Assembly (NCBI GenBank): GCA_013823635.1
Contig: PNML01000005.1
Location: 1,742-65,741 of the forward strand
Length of the DNA: 64,000 nt
Direction of reading: 5' to 3'
DNA from: Polaromonas sp.
GTDB taxonomy: Bacteria > Pseudomonadota > Gammaproteobacteria > Burkholderiales > Burkholderiaceae_C
Part shown: piece by piece, positions 1 through 12,775 of the stretch
Layout of the letters: every line of letters begins with the position of its first letter
Position numbering within the stretch: position 1 is the stretch's first letter
The notes under the pieces: generated by a model
What the model saw: the letters and a program-made list of their open reading frames with translations, nothing else
What the model was told of the DNA's origin: nothing
Database searches by the model: none
Made by a program: the position numbers and the translations under genes

Positions 1-1080
1 GGGCCGTCTGGCTTCAACCCCGATCCCAAAAGCGCTGGCATTGGCCTGGGTCTGGTGGGTGTGGTGGCGCTGCTGTTCTGGGCCAGCACAGGCTTTTTCA
101 TCGTTCAGGAAGGCCAGCAAGGCGTCATCACCCAGTTTGGCAAGTACCACTCCACGGTGGGTGCTGGTTTCAACTGGCGTTTGCCTTACCCCATTCAGCG
201 CCACGAACTGGTGTTCGTGACCCAGATCAGGTCGGTCGACGTGGGCCGCGACGCGGTGGTGCGGGCCACTGGCCTGCGCGAATCCGCCATGCTGACGGAA
301 GACGAGAACATCGTCGAAATCAAGTTTGCCGTGCAATACCGGCTGAGTGACGCACGGGCTTACCTGTTCGAGAGCCGGGACCCGGACGCTGCCGTCATCA
401 AAGCCGCTGAAACCGCCGTGCGCGAGGTGGTCGGCAAAATGAAAATGGACGCCGCACTCGCCGAGGAGCGCGACCAGATCGCACCGCGCGTGCGCACGCT
501 GATGCAAAACATCCTCGACCGCTACAAGGTCGGCATCGAGGTCGTGGCCGTCAACATGCAACAAGGCGGGGTGCGCCCGCCCGAGCAGGTTCAGGCGTCG
601 TTTGACGATGTGTTGAAAGCCGGTCAGGAGCGCGAACGCATCAAGAACGAGGCCCAGGCCTATGCCAACGACGTGGTGCCCCGCGCCGAGGGTGCCGCCT
701 CCCGCCTCAGGGAAGAGGCGGAAGGGTACAAGCAGCGCATCGTGGCCCAGGCCAAAGGTGACTCGGAGCGTTTCCGCTCGGTGTTGGCCGAATACCAAAA
801 GGCCCCCCAGGTCACCCGTGAGCGCATGTACGTGGATGCCATGCAGTCCATGTACGGCAACGTGACCAAGGTGCTGATCGACTCCAAGCAGGGCAACAAC
901 CTGTTGTATCTGCCACTGGACAAAATCATGCAAATGACCAACGGGGGCAACGCGACCAGCCCCACGGGAGGCGCAGCGGCCAGTACCGTGCCCAACCCGG
1001 TGCCCGCCAGTTCCAACAGCGGCACCACCACCAGCCGCACCCGTGACGCCGAGCGCACCCGCCAGCGCGATGTCCGTTGA
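1..1080 (+). CDS. hflK: HflK, SPFH/band-7 modulator of FtsH protease (5' end outside window)
   Basis: The frame is open from nt 1; the track ORF begins at an internal GTG at 55. A TM segment (VVALLFWASTGFF) is followed by an SPFH core (VQEGQQGVITQFGKY, FAVQYR). hflC follows 24 nt downstream. Confidence 0.9.
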   Translation, partial: GPSGFNPDPKSAGIGLGLVGVVALLFWASTGFFIVQEGQQGVITQFGKYHSTVGAGFNWRLPYPIQRHELVFVTQIRSVDVGRDAVVRATGLRESAMLTEDENIVEIKFAVQYRLSDARAYLFESRDPDAAVIKAAETAVREVVGKMKMDAALAEERDQIAPRVRTLMQNILDRYKVGIEVVAVNMQQGGVRPPEQVQASFDDVLKAGQERERIKNEAQAYANDVVPRAEGAASRLREEAEGYKQRIVAQAKGDSERFRSVLAEYQKAPQVTRERMYVDAMQSMYGNVTKVLIDSKQGNNLLYLPLDKIMQMTNGGNATSPTGGAAASTVPNPVPASSNSGTTTSRTRDAERTRQRDVR

Positions 1081-1104
1081 AGCCGCATTAAGGAACCAGA
1101 CAAA

Positions 1105-2001
1105 ATGAACAGATTGGGTTTTATCGGTGCTTCGCTGGTGTTGGCTCTGGCCATCCTCAGCTCCACCGTGTTCGTGGTCGACCAGCGCCAGTTTGGTGTG
1201 GTGTACCAGTTGGGGCAAATCCGCAGCGTGATCACCGAGCCGGGGCTGAACTTCAAAATGCCGCCCCCGCTGCAAAACGTGTCCTACATCGACAAGCGCT
1301 TGCTCACGCTGGACAGCACCGATGCCGAGCCCATGCTGACCGCCGAGAAGCAGCGCGTGGTGATTGACTGGTACGTGCGCTGGCGCGTGTCAGAGCCCCA
1401 GGAGTACATCCGCAACGTGGGGTTGGACGAACGGGCGGGGGCATTGCAGCTGACCCGCGTGGTGCGGAACGCGTTTCAGCAAGAGGTGAACAAGCTCACC
1501 GTGAACGAGCTGTTGTCCACCAAGCGCGACGCGCTCATGAACGACGTGCGCACCCAGGTGCTCAGCGCGGTGCGCAGCGCCGAAAAGCCCTGGGGCATGG
1601 ACGTGGTGGACGTGCGCATCAACCGCGTGGATTACTTCGAAACCATCACCGAATCGGTCTACCGCCGCATGGAGGCCGAACGCCAGCAGGTGGCCAACCA
1701 GCTGCGCTCCACCGGCGCTGCCGAGGGGGAGCAGATTCGTGCATCCGCCGACAGGCAGCGTGAGGTGACGCTGGCCAACGCCTACCGCGAGGCCCAGAAA
1801 GTCAAGGGCGATGGCGATGCCGAGGCGGCCCGCACCTACGCCGAGGCGTTTGGCAAAGACGCGTCGTTCGCCCAGTTCTACCGCAGCCTGGAGGCCTACA
1901 AGTCCAGTTTTGCCAACAAGTCAGACGTGGTGGTGGTGGACCCTTCGTCGGAATTTTTCAAAGCCATGCGCAGCAGCAACATCGGCAACACTGGCAAATG
2001 A
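1105..2001 (+). CDS. hflC: HflC, SPFH/band-7 partner of HflK
   Basis: 298-aa protein with an N-terminal TM and an SPFH domain (VDQRQFGVVYQLGQI). It occupies the canonical position after hflK. Confidence 0.9.
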   Translation: MNRLGFIGASLVLALAILSSTVFVVDQRQFGVVYQLGQIRSVITEPGLNFKMPPPLQNVSYIDKRLLTLDSTDAEPMLTAEKQRVVIDWYVRWRVSEPQEYIRNVGLDERAGALQLTRVVRNAFQQEVNKLTVNELLSTKRDALMNDVRTQVLSAVRSAEKPWGMDVVDVRINRVDYFETITESVYRRMEAERQQVANQLRSTGAAEGEQIRASADRQREVTLANAYREAQKVKGDGDAEAARTYAEAFGKDASFAQFYRSLEAYKSSFANKSDVVVVDPSSEFFKAMRSSNIGNTGK

Positions 2002-2016
2002 GCGGGCGCTTCGCCC

Positions 2017-2202
2017 ATGCTTGACAGCCTGTGGTTGGCTTTGGCCCTCGTGTTCATCATCGAGGGCCTTTTTCCTTTTGTGTCGCCATCGGCGTGGCGC
2101 CAAACATTCACGGCCCTGCTGGGTTTGACCGACGGTCAGATCCGCTTCTTCGGTTTGTTCGCCATTTTGCTGGGGCTGGCCGGGCTGGTTTTTCTGGCCT
2201 GA
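2017..2202 (+). CDS. small two-TM membrane protein, DUF2065-like
   Basis: 61-aa hydrophobic ORF (LALALVFIIEGLFPFVSPSAWRQ...). It lies immediately after hflC, the usual position for this family in betaproteobacteria. Confidence 0.65.
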   Translation: MLDSLWLALALVFIIEGLFPFVSPSAWRQTFTALLGLTDGQIRFFGLFAILLGLAGLVFLA

Positions 2203-2246
2203 GTGGACCCGGTAAAATCCCTTTTTTAACAGCTCCCTGAAAACAC

Positions 2247-4828
<2,582 letters not shown>

Positions 4829-4879
4829 TTTTCAATAAAAAGTGCCTCCAGCGCTTTACTGATAACACTTGTCAGCTAT
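4829..4879 (-). repeat. AT-rich 51-nt dispersed repeat, copy A (purA/PRTase spacer)
   Basis: Reverse complement reads ATAGCTGAC aagtgttatcagta AAGCGCTG gaggcac TTTTTATTGAAAA. G+C is 19/51. Confidence 0.85.
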
Positions 4880-4897
4880 ATATTTTTGGAGTAAGCC

Positions 4898-5422
4898 ATG
4901 TTGACTGAAGACGGCAAACACCTGTACGTGTCTTACGACGAGTACCACAACCTGATTGAAAAACTCGCGCTCAAAATTCACCAGTCGGGCTGGGAGTTCG
5001 ACACCATCCTGTGCCTGGCCCGCGGTGGCATGCGTCCCGGCGACATCCTGAGCCGCATTTTCGACAAGCCCCTGGCCATCATGTCCACCAGCTCCTACCG
5101 CGCTGACGCGGGCACCGTGCAAGGGCGGCTGGACATTGCCCGGTTCATCACCACCCCCAAAGGTGAAATTGCGGGCAAGGTGTTGCTGGTGGACGACCTG
5201 GCCGACACCGGCCATACCCTGCAAGCCGTCATCAACACCCTGAAGAACCACTACGCCCCCATCACCGAGCTGCGCAGCGCCGTGATCTGGACCAAGGGTG
5301 TTTCCACCTTCACGCCCGACTACTCGGTGGAATTCCTCCCCACCAACCCCTGGATTCACCAACCTTTCGAGGGCTACGACAGCCTGCGCCCCGCCGCGTT
5401 GCTGGAAAAATGGAAGCTCTGA
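4898..5422 (+). CDS. type-I phosphoribosyltransferase, Gpt/XGPRT-like
   Basis: 174 aa with the PRPP-binding loop VLLVDDLADTGHT. A GGAG lies 7 nt upstream of the ATG. Confidence 0.75.
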   Translation: MLTEDGKHLYVSYDEYHNLIEKLALKIHQSGWEFDTILCLARGGMRPGDILSRIFDKPLAIMSTSSYRADAGTVQGRLDIARFITTPKGEIAGKVLLVDDLADTGHTLQAVINTLKNHYAPITELRSAVIWTKGVSTFTPDYSVEFLPTNPWIHQPFEGYDSLRPAALLEKWKL

Positions 5423-5431
5423 ACGCCCGCC

Positions 5432-6652
5432 ATGCCTGAATCATTGCCCACCCGGCTCATTCACCATTCCTACGTCGCTCCTTCGGGGTTCGACGCCGTG
5501 GCGCCGGGGGTGCACAAGGCATCGACGGTGTTTTTTGGCAACGTGCATGAGCTGCGCCACCGCGAGTGGCGCGACAAGTCCGGCTACACCTATGGCCTGC
5601 ACGGCACGCCCACCACCTTCACGCTCGAAGAGCGCATCGCCACCCTGGAAGGGGGCCAGCACTGCGTGCTGGTGCCCAGCGGTCTGGCCGCCGTGGCGTT
5701 GGTGGACCAGGCTTTTTTGCGGCAGGGCGACGAGTTGCTGGTGCCGGACAACGCCTACGGCCCCAACAAGGCGCTGGCTGAAGGGGAGCTCAAAGGCTGG
5801 GGCATCACCACCCGGTATTACGACCCCATGGACCCGGCGGACCTGGCCCGCCTGATCACCCCGGCCACCCGGCTGGTGTGGTTGGAGGCCCCAGGCTCCA
5901 TCACCCTGGAGTTTCCCGACCTGCGGGCATTGGTGGCCGTCATCACCCAGGCCAATGCCGAGCGCGCAGGGCAGGGGGGTGCCAACACCGCCCGGCCCCT
6001 GTTGAGCGTGCTGGACAACACCTGGGGCGCAGGCATCGCCTTCAACGCGTTTGAGCTGGGTGTGGACATGTCCATGCAGGCCCTCACCAAATACCCCAGC
6101 GGTGGCGCCGATGTGCTCATGGGCTCGGTGGTCACCCGCGACGCCACGCTGCACCACAGCCTGCTCATGACGCACATGCGCCTGGGCCTGGGTGTGGGCG
6201 GCAACGATGCCGAGCTGGTGTTGCGCGGCCTGCCCAGTGTGGCCCTGCGTTACCACGCGCAAGACGCCAGCACCCGCGCCCTGGCCGAGTGGATGCAGCA
6301 GCGCCCCGAAGTGGCTTGCGTGCTGCACCCCGCGTTGCCCAGCTCGCCGGGCCATGCCCATTGGCTGCGCGACGCCAGTGCGGCCGCCTGCCTGTTCAGT
6401 GCGGTGTTCAAACCCGAATACCCACAGGCGCTGGTGGACGCCTTTTGTGACCGGCTCCAGCGGTTCCGGCTGGGCTGGAGCTGGGCTGGGCCCATCAGCC
6501 TGTGCGCACCCTACGACGTGCCCGCCATCCGCCAGCGCCATTGGCCGCATGCGGGCGGGCTGGTCCGCTTCGCCATTGGGCTGGAGGCCGTGGCCGATTT
6601 GCAAGCCGACCTGACCCAGGCGTTGCAGGTGTTCGCCCGCCCCTCCGCCTGA
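5432..6652 (+). CDS. metC: cystathionine beta-lyase (Cys/Met-metabolism PLP enzyme)
   Basis: 406 aa with the PLP-lysine context QALTKYPSGGADV. Length and N-terminus fit MetC. Confidence 0.8.
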   Translation: MPESLPTRLIHHSYVAPSGFDAVAPGVHKASTVFFGNVHELRHREWRDKSGYTYGLHGTPTTFTLEERIATLEGGQHCVLVPSGLAAVALVDQAFLRQGDELLVPDNAYGPNKALAEGELKGWGITTRYYDPMDPADLARLITPATRLVWLEAPGSITLEFPDLRALVAVITQANAERAGQGGANTARPLLSVLDNTWGAGIAFNAFELGVDMSMQALTKYPSGGADVLMGSVVTRDATLHHSLLMTHMRLGLGVGGNDAELVLRGLPSVALRYHAQDASTRALAEWMQQRPEVACVLHPALPSSPGHAHWLRDASAAACLFSAVFKPEYPQALVDAFCDRLQRFRLGWSWAGPISLCAPYDVPAIRQRHWPHAGGLVRFAIGLEAVADLQADLTQALQVFARPSA

Positions 6653-6681
6653 CCATTTTTTTACCCCAACGAAAGCACCTT

Positions 6682-6882
6682 TTGGCCACTCCCAACTACG
6701 GATACGAAAAACGCCAGCGTGAGCTCGCCAAACGCCTGAAAAAAGAAGAAAAACTCAAATCCAAAGCCGACCGCAAACACGGCGAACCGGGTGAGTCCCC
6801 AGACGGTGGCGACATGGCACCGTCCCCCCAGAACTCGGGGGGCGACAGCACCACACCTCAGGCCGGCGGCTCGTCGGCTTGA
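6682..6882 (+). CDS. small Lys/Glu-rich hypothetical protein
   Basis: TTG 6682 is in frame with track ORF 6502..6882. The product begins PNYGYEKRQRELAKRLKKEEK. The RBS is weak, and the ORF overlaps the selU 3' end convergently by 25 nt. Confidence 0.3.
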   Translation: MATPNYGYEKRQRELAKRLKKEEKLKSKADRKHGEPGESPDGGDMAPSPQNSGGDSTTPQAGGSSA

Positions 6883-7928
6883 ATCAGCGCGCTGGCCACC
6901 TGGGCCAGCGATGCCGGGCTGCGGTCAGCCAGCACACACACCTGTGCCTGGTCAAACTGCACAAAGTTGCGCCCGATGGACTGCGCGTACATGGGGTCGT
7001 AGTGCATCGTCAGCAGGGCCTGAACCACCTCGGGCGTGTGTCCGGCCTGCACCTGGGCCACCCATTCCGCCACCTGCGCGTGGCCCCTGCGCTCGGTCAG
7101 GGCCAGCAGCCTCCGGCAGAAGAATGCCGGGTCGGACACGAAAAAATCGTAGTCTTCCAGCAGCAGCGCCACCCGCTCAGGGTCTGCCAGGCGCAGGTCG
7201 ATGCAGGGGCTGGCCCGCATCGCGTCCATGAGGGCGTCGGGCACTCGCAGGTCGCCCACCTTCTTGCTCTCGCTCTCCACGTACACCGGCCGCGCCGGGT
7301 CAAAGCCACGCAGAGCCGACCACACCAGGGTGTCAAAGCGCTTCTGGCTGGGTTGGGGCACACCCGGGATGTGGCCCAGGACTGAACTGCGGTGGTTGGC
7401 CAGGTCTTCCAGGTCCAGCACCTGGGCACCCTGGGCCGCCAGCGCCGTCAGCAGCCGGGTTTTGCCACTGCCGGTGGGACCACAGACCACCCGGTAGCGC
7501 AGCGCCTGCGACAGGGTGGGCAACTCGGCCAACACCGCCTGGCGAAACGCCTTGTACCCCCCCTCCAGCAAGGCCACCTGAAAACCGATGGCGCTCAGGA
7601 TGGTGGCCAGCGCACCGCTGCGGTTGCCACCCCGCCAGCAGTACACCAAGGGTTTCCAGCTTTTGGGGGCATCCAGCAGTTCCCGCTCGATGTGGTTGGC
7701 CACGTTTCGGGCCACCAGCGCCGCCCCGCGCTTTTTGGCTTCGAAGGCATTGACCTGCTTGTACAGTGTGCCAATGATCACCCGCTCTTCGTTGTTCAGG
7801 CTGGGCCAGTTGATGGCGCCTGGCACATGGTCCAGGGCATGCTCCAGCTCGGTGCGGGCGTCGATGATGGCGTCGAACTCGCTCAGTTGGTTCAGCGCCA
7901 GCGGGGCTGCCAGTGTTTTCAGGCTCAT
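6858..7928 (-). CDS. selU: tRNA 2-selenouridine synthase
   Basis: An N-terminal rhodanese domain carries the active-site loop CWRGGNRSG. A Walker A motif GPTGSGKT follows. Length is 356 aa. Confidence 0.85.
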   Translation of the reverse strand: MSLKTLAAPLALNQLSEFDAIIDARTELEHALDHVPGAINWPSLNNEERVIIGTLYKQVNAFEAKKRGAALVARNVANHIERELLDAPKSWKPLVYCWRGGNRSGALATILSAIGFQVALLEGGYKAFRQAVLAELPTLSQALRYRVVCGPTGSGKTRLLTALAAQGAQVLDLEDLANHRSSVLGHIPGVPQPSQKRFDTLVWSALRGFDPARPVYVESESKKVGDLRVPDALMDAMRASPCIDLRLADPERVALLLEDYDFFVSDPAFFCRRLLALTERRGHAQVAEWVAQVQAGHTPEVVQALLTMHYDPMYAQSIGRNFVQFDQAQVCVLADRSPASLAQVASALIQADEPPA

Positions 7929-7937
7929 GGTGGGGGG

Positions 7938-8630
7938 TTACTTCAGTTGGGGCAGCAGCACAGGCCAGACGTTGTCCAGCATCAGCGCCTGGGCGGTTTC
8001 GTTGGGGTGGATGCGGTCGGCCTGAAACAGGCTGGCCGCATCGGCAACATCGGCCACGTTGGCCAGCAAAAAGGGCACCAGCGCCGCCTGGTGCTGCCGG
8101 GAAACGGTCACAAACACCTGGCTGAAGTCGCGGGCGTATGCGCTGCCGTAGTTGGGCGGCACCTGCATGCCCACCACCGTCACCCTGGCCCCCGCCTGGC
8201 GGCTGGCCTGCGCCATGGCCGACAGGTTGGCCTCGGTCATGCGCAGGTCCAGGCCACGCAGGGCGTCGTTGCCCCCCAACTCCAACAGCACGTGGGTGGG
8301 CCGGTGCCGCTTGAGCAGGGCGGGCAAGCGGGAGCGGCCACCGGCGGTGGTGTCGCCACTGATGCTGGCGTTGATGACTTCTGCGGTGGGGAAGCGGGCC
8401 TTCAGCCGGGCTTGCAGCAATGCCACCCAGCCCGCGCCCCGCGCGAGTCCGTACTCGGCACTGAGCGAGTCCCCCAGCACCAGTACCCTGATGCCGGAGG
8501 GTGTTGATTTGCCTTGGGCCAGTGCGGGTGGGCTGCCCATTGTCCCGGCGCACAGGCAGGCCAAGGCAAGCAGGCTACAGTGTGTGATCAGGCGGCGACG
8601 TGTCGCCGACATGGAGTGGTTGTTGCGCAT
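7938..8630 (-). CDS. tesA: SGNH/GDSL arylesterase-thioesterase (TesA-like), secreted
   Basis: SGNH blocks VLGDSLSAEYG, GGNDALRG and DRIHPN are present, with a signal peptide. The start is ATG 8630 (alternative ATG 8612), inside the longer track ORF. Confidence 0.8.
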   Translation of the reverse strand: MRNNHSMSATRRRLITHCSLLALACLCAGTMGSPPALAQGKSTPSGIRVLVLGDSLSAEYGLARGAGWVALLQARLKARFPTAEVINASISGDTTAGGRSRLPALLKRHRPTHVLLELGGNDALRGLDLRMTEANLSAMAQASRQAGARVTVVGMQVPPNYGSAYARDFSQVFVTVSRQHQAALVPFLLANVADVADAASLFQADRIHPNETAQALMLDNVWPVLLPQLK

Positions 8631-9354
8631 GACTGAAGTTTTGAATTCGCGATCGGGCACCGGTGCGCAAACGCCGGCAGGGGTGGCAGAGGCCGCGGTG
8701 GTGCGCGTGGAGCGGCTGGGCAAGTCGGTGACGGACTCGGGCGGCACCCTGGCTATTTTGCGCGATATCGATTTTTCGCTGCGCCGGGGGGAAACGGCCG
8801 CCATTGTGGGGGCATCCGGTTCGGGCAAGAGCACGCTGCTGTCCATCGTGGCGGGCCTGGACACCCCGACCCAGGGCACCGTGTGGCTGGACGGGCAGGA
8901 CCTGTTTGCCCTGAGCGAGGACCAGCGCGCCGCTTTGCGGGCGCAGAAGGTGGGCTTTGTGTTCCAGAGCTTTCAGCTCATGGGCAACCTGACCGCGCTT
9001 GAAAACGTGATGCTCCCACTGGAGCTGGCCGGTCGGCGCGACGCCCGCAGCGCCGCCACCGACATGCTGCAGCGCGTGGGCCTGGGCCAGCGGCTGGGCC
9101 ACTACCCCAAGGTGCTGTCGGGTGGGGAGCAGCAACGGGTGGCGCTGGCCAGGGCCTTTGTGGTGCGGCCTGCCGTGTTGCTGGCCGACGAGCCCACCGG
9201 CAGCCTGGACTTCGCCACGGGCGAAACCATCATGCGGCTGATGTTTGACCTCAACCGCGAGCAGGGCACCACGTTGGTGCTGGTGACCCATGACCGGCAG
9301 ATTGCCGCCCGGTGCGAGCGCCGCATCACCATCGAAGCGGGTGCCATGGCCTGA
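8629..9354 (+). CDS. ybbA: ABC transporter ATP-binding protein, YbbA/LolD-like
   Basis: Walker A GASGSGKST, signature LSGGEQQR and Walker B LLADEPTGSLD are present. It is divergent from tesA, as in E. coli. The start is ATG 8629 (alternative 8611). Confidence 0.8.
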   Translation: MTEVLNSRSGTGAQTPAGVAEAAVVRVERLGKSVTDSGGTLAILRDIDFSLRRGETAAIVGASGSGKSTLLSIVAGLDTPTQGTVWLDGQDLFALSEDQRAALRAQKVGFVFQSFQLMGNLTALENVMLPLELAGRRDARSAATDMLQRVGLGQRLGHYPKVLSGGEQQRVALARAFVVRPAVLLADEPTGSLDFATGETIMRLMFDLNREQGTTLVLVTHDRQIAARCERRITIEAGAMA

Positions 9355-9404
9355 CGGCACCCACCCGCCTGGGTCGACCGGGGTCACGCGGGGATAATCG
9401 GGCC

Positions 9405-10154
9405 ATGTCTTCACACAAAGTTCTGTTCGGCTTTCACGCCGTGGGGGTGCGCCTGAAAACGGCGCCCCAGTCCATCGTCGAGGTGTATTACGAGGCCACC
9501 CGGCGCGATGCCCGCATGCGCCAGTTTCTGGACCGTGCCCGCGAGGCGGGTGTGCGCCTCATTGAGGCCGATGGCCTGCGCCTGTCCAAACTGGCCGGCA
9601 GCCACGGCCACCAGGGCGTGGCTGCACGGGTCGACCCTGTGGCCCAGATCACCTCGCTGGACGAGCTGCTGGAGCAGCTGGAAGCCGACGGCGTGAGCAA
9701 CCCCCTGCTGCTGGTGCTGGACGGCATCACCGATCCGCACAACCTCGGCGCCTGCCTGCGCGTGGCCGACGGGGCAGGGGCCCATGCCGTGATAGCACCC
9801 AAAGACCACGCGGCTGGCATCAACGCCACCGTGGCCAAGGTGGCCAGTGGCGCGGCCGAAACCATGCCGTACTTCATGGTGACCAACCTGGCGCGCACCC
9901 TGGGCGAATTGAAAGAACGCAACATCTGGGTGATTGGCACCAGCGACGATGCGCCCAACACCCTGTACCAGGTGGATTTGAAGGGCCCAGTGGCCCTGGT
10001 GCTGGGGGCCGAAGGTGCGGGCATGCGCCAGCTCACCCGCAAAACCTGCGATGAACTGGTGAGCATCCCCATGAAGGGCGCGGTGGAAAGCCTGAACGTG
10101 TCCGTGGCCAGCGGCGTGTGCCTGTACGAAGCCTTGCGCCAGCGCGGCGGCTGA
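9405..10154 (+). CDS. rlmB: 23S rRNA (guanosine-2'-O)-methyltransferase RlmB (SpoU/TrmH family)
   Basis: ATG 9405 gives MSSHKVLFGFHAV. C-terminal SpoU motifs LVLGAEGAGMR and IPMKGAVESLNVSVA are present. Confidence 0.85.
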   Translation: MSSHKVLFGFHAVGVRLKTAPQSIVEVYYEATRRDARMRQFLDRAREAGVRLIEADGLRLSKLAGSHGHQGVAARVDPVAQITSLDELLEQLEADGVSNPLLLVLDGITDPHNLGACLRVADGAGAHAVIAPKDHAAGINATVAKVASGAAETMPYFMVTNLARTLGELKERNIWVIGTSDDAPNTLYQVDLKGPVALVLGAEGAGMRQLTRKTCDELVSIPMKGAVESLNVSVASGVCLYEALRQRGG

Positions 10155-10195
10155 CCTGGGCCGCTGACCAGCACCGAGCCAACCCTGGCCCTGTA

Positions 10196-12118
10196 TCAGG
10201 CGCTTGTGGCCAGCTCCGGCAGCGGCACCAGGTGCTGGGCGCCGAAGACCTCCGGCGGAACGGGGCGCCCCAGCAGGTAGCCCTGAACGGTGTCACACCC
10301 CTGGGCGCGCAGCCACGCCAGCTGTTGGTCGGTTTCCACCCCTTCGGCCACCACCCGGAACCCCAGCCTGTGGGCCATGGCCAGGGTGGCGTCCACCACG
10401 GCGGTGCTGCGGGCGTGTGGGTCATGGGGGTTGTTCTGCCCCAGACCTGCGACAAACGACTTGTCCACCTTCAGCACGTCCAATTCCAGCACGCGCAGGT
10501 AAGACAGCGACGAGTAGCCGGTGCCAAAGTCGTCCAGCGCCACCTCAAACCCGGCCTGACGCAGCCGCTGCAGCGCCGCAATGGCGGTGCCGTCCGGGTC
10601 GAGCAGCACCGACTCGGTGACCTCCACCGCCAACCAGTGGCTGTCCACCCCCATCCGCTGTGCGGCGGTCAGCCAGTCCAGATCCACCGCCGATGTCCGA
10701 AACTGCTTGGGGGACAGGTTGACACCCAGCCGAAAACCCACTGGTAACCGGTCTTGCCACTTTTTGACCTGTTGCAGCGCCTGGTGCATGACCATCTTGC
10801 CCAGCGCATCGATGAGGCCTGACTCCTCGGCCACCGGGATGAACAGGTCCGGTCTGACCATCTGACCCCCGTCCTGCCAGCGCAGCAGGGCCTCTGCCCC
10901 CACCAGTTGACCGGTACGGGCATCAAACTGGGGTTGGTAGTGCAAGCTCAGGTCAGGGGTGTCGATGGCGGCCCGCAGGCGGTTTTCCAGTTTCACCTGG
11001 TGGCTCATGCGCTCGTCCATGAGTCTGGAGTAGCGCTGCCATTGGCCACCACCGCGGGCTTTGGCCTCGTACATGGCCATGTCGGCGTGGCGCAGCAGGG
11101 TGTCGGCGTCCTGTCCATCCGGTGGGAACAAGGCCATGCCCACGCTGGCCTTGATCTGCAACGTGTGCTCACCGAGCGTCACTGGCTGCGCCACACAGTT
11201 CAACAGCCTGTCTGCCACACCGTTTGCCTCCGATTCATGGGCCAGCACGCTGAGCAACACAATCAACTCGTCACCCCCCTGGCGGGCCAGGAGGTCATAA
11301 GGCCTCAGGGCTGAGGGCAGACGCAAGCTCAGTGCCTTGAGCAACTCGTCACCGGCCCAATGGCCCAGCGTGTCGTTGACGTTTTTGAATCGATCAAGGT
11401 CCACAAACAACAACCCCACCAGGTGCTGCTGGCGGGTGGCTTGTGCCAACGCTGCCGGCAACCGTTCCACCAGGCAGCGCCGGTTGGGCAGGCCCGTCAG
11501 TTGGTCGGTCAGGGCCAGTTCGCGCATGTGCTGTTCGCGCAGCACCCGCTCGGTCACATCGCTCACGGACCCGGCCATGAGTCGGGCGGTTTTGCCTCGG
11601 GTGTTGGCCACCAAGCCGCGCGCCGCCAGCCACCGGTATTCGCCGTTTTGGGCCTTGACCCGGTACTCACAATAAAAGTGGTCGGTCAGGCCTTTGAGGT
11701 GGGCGTTGACGGCTTGGTTGAAACTGGCCCTGTCTTCGGGGTGGACCACGGCCAGCCAGGCATCCGAGGTGGGCAGAAAGTCCTGGGTGTAGCCCAGAAT
11801 TTCCAACAGGCGACGCCCAACAGAGAGCCGCTTGGTCACGGGATCCCACTCGAACATGCCGTCGTGAGACCCTGCCATGGCCAACCTCAGGATTTGCAAT
11901 GACCGCTTGATCCGCGGCAACAAGGCCAGGGCCCCCAGCAAGCCCAAGGCACTGGCGGCCCAGGCTGCGGTGGCCAGTGCATCGCGCCACGGACCTTCAG
12001 GCACCCAGTGCGTGAGGCCCCAGCCCACCACAGACCCAACCACTGCCACCAGCAGGCACACACCCAGCCAGTCAGGCAAACGGTCAAGGGACAGGGGGTG
12101 CAGGTGTCTGCGCAGCAT
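10196..12118 (-). CDS. membrane PAS-GGDEF-EAL c-di-GMP signalling protein
   Basis: Two N-terminal TM segments precede a PAS region. GGDEF domain: RPYD I-site and GGDEL. EAL domain: EALLRW and [10 protein letters not shown]. Confidence 0.85.
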   Translation of the reverse strand: MLRRHLHPLSLDRLPDWLGVCLLVAVVGSVVGWGLTHWVPEGPWRDALATAAWAASALGLLGALALLPRIKRSLQILRLAMAGSHDGMFEWDPVTKRLSVGRRLLEILGYTQDFLPTSDAWLAVVHPEDRASFNQAVNAHLKGLTDHFYCEYRVKAQNGEYRWLAARGLVANTRGKTARLMAGSVSDVTERVLREQHMRELALTDQLTGLPNRRCLVERLPAALAQATRQQHLVGLLFVDLDRFKNVNDTLGHWAGDELLKALSLRLPSALRPYDLLARQGGDELIVLLSVLAHESEANGVADRLLNCVAQPVTLGEHTLQIKASVGMALFPPDGQDADTLLRHADMAMYEAKARGGGQWQRYSRLMDERMSHQVKLENRLRAAIDTPDLSLHYQPQFDARTGQLVGAEALLRWQDGGQMVRPDLFIPVAEESGLIDALGKMVMHQALQQVKKWQDRLPVGFRLGVNLSPKQFRTSAVDLDWLTAAQRMGVDSHWLAVEVTESVLLDPDGTAIAALQRLRQAGFEVALDDFGTGYSSLSYLRVLELDVLKVDKSFVAGLGQNNPHDPHARSTAVVDATLAMAHRLGFRVVAEGVETDQQLAWLRAQGCDTVQGYLLGRPVPPEVFGAQHLVPLPELATSA

Positions 12119-12145
12119 GGACCAGCATCCTAATTGGGATTGACG

Positions 12146-12775
12146 TCAAACCCAACCCACCGCGCCCAGCCCAGCACCGATTGCCAGCAACCACAGCAGG
12201 TGAACCCTGGTTTGCCAGACCAGCAGGGCCACCAACACGCTGATGGCCCAGGCGGACCAGGGTTGTTGGGACAACCAAGCGGGCAGGGCGGTCATGGGGT
12301 GGGTGTTCACGGCCGGGGTGGACAGCAGCCACCCTGTGGCCAGCATCAGCGCCACCACCACCGGTGCCAGGCCTTGTTTGAAGGCGCGCACCCACAACAG
12401 CCGCTGGTGGCGGTGTACCCAGCGCGTGGCCCCGTAGGTGAGCAGGGAGGAGGGCAGCAGGATGGCCACCATGGACACCGCCACCCCCGCCAGCGCTAGG
12501 GGCCAGGCCTGCCAGCCCGCCGCCACGCCACCGCCCGCGTTCAGCCCCACCTGCCAGCCCAGCAGGGCCACAAACAGCACGTTGGGTCCGGGCGCAGCCT
12601 GGGCCAGGGCAATGCTGCTGGAAAACTGCAGCTCGCTCAGCCACTGCTGCTCGTCATGCAAAAAGCGGTGCATGTCGGGCACCGTGGCGATGGCCCCACC
12701 AATGGACAGCAGGGAGAGCGTGGCAAAGTGCAAAAACAGCGACAGCCAGTCGCCCCAGGCGAGCGACGTGGTCAT
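12146..12775 (-). CDS. chrA: chromate transporter family protein, half-size (second of pair)
   Basis: MTTSLAWGDWLSLFLHF...IGGAIATVPDM...AQAAPGPN is a CHR-family signature. The ATG at 12775 overlaps the upstream partner's stop by 4 nt. Confidence 0.75.
   Translation of the reverse strand: MTTSLAWGDWLSLFLHFATLSLLSIGGAIATVPDMHRFLHDEQQWLSELQFSSSIALAQAAPGPNVLFVALLGWQVGLNAGGGVAAGWQAWPLALAGVAVSMVAILLPSSLLTYGATRWVHRHQRLLWVRAFKQGLAPVVVALMLATGWLLSTPAVNTHPMTALPAWLSQQPWSAWAISVLVALLVWQTRVHLLWLLAIGAGLGAVGWV

Noticed and set aside
3-10. GCCGTCTG, resembling the Neisseria DUS core GCCGTCTGAA
   Set aside because: It occurs once, the last two bases differ, and it lies inside hflK coding sequence. I saw no enrichment elsewhere in the window.
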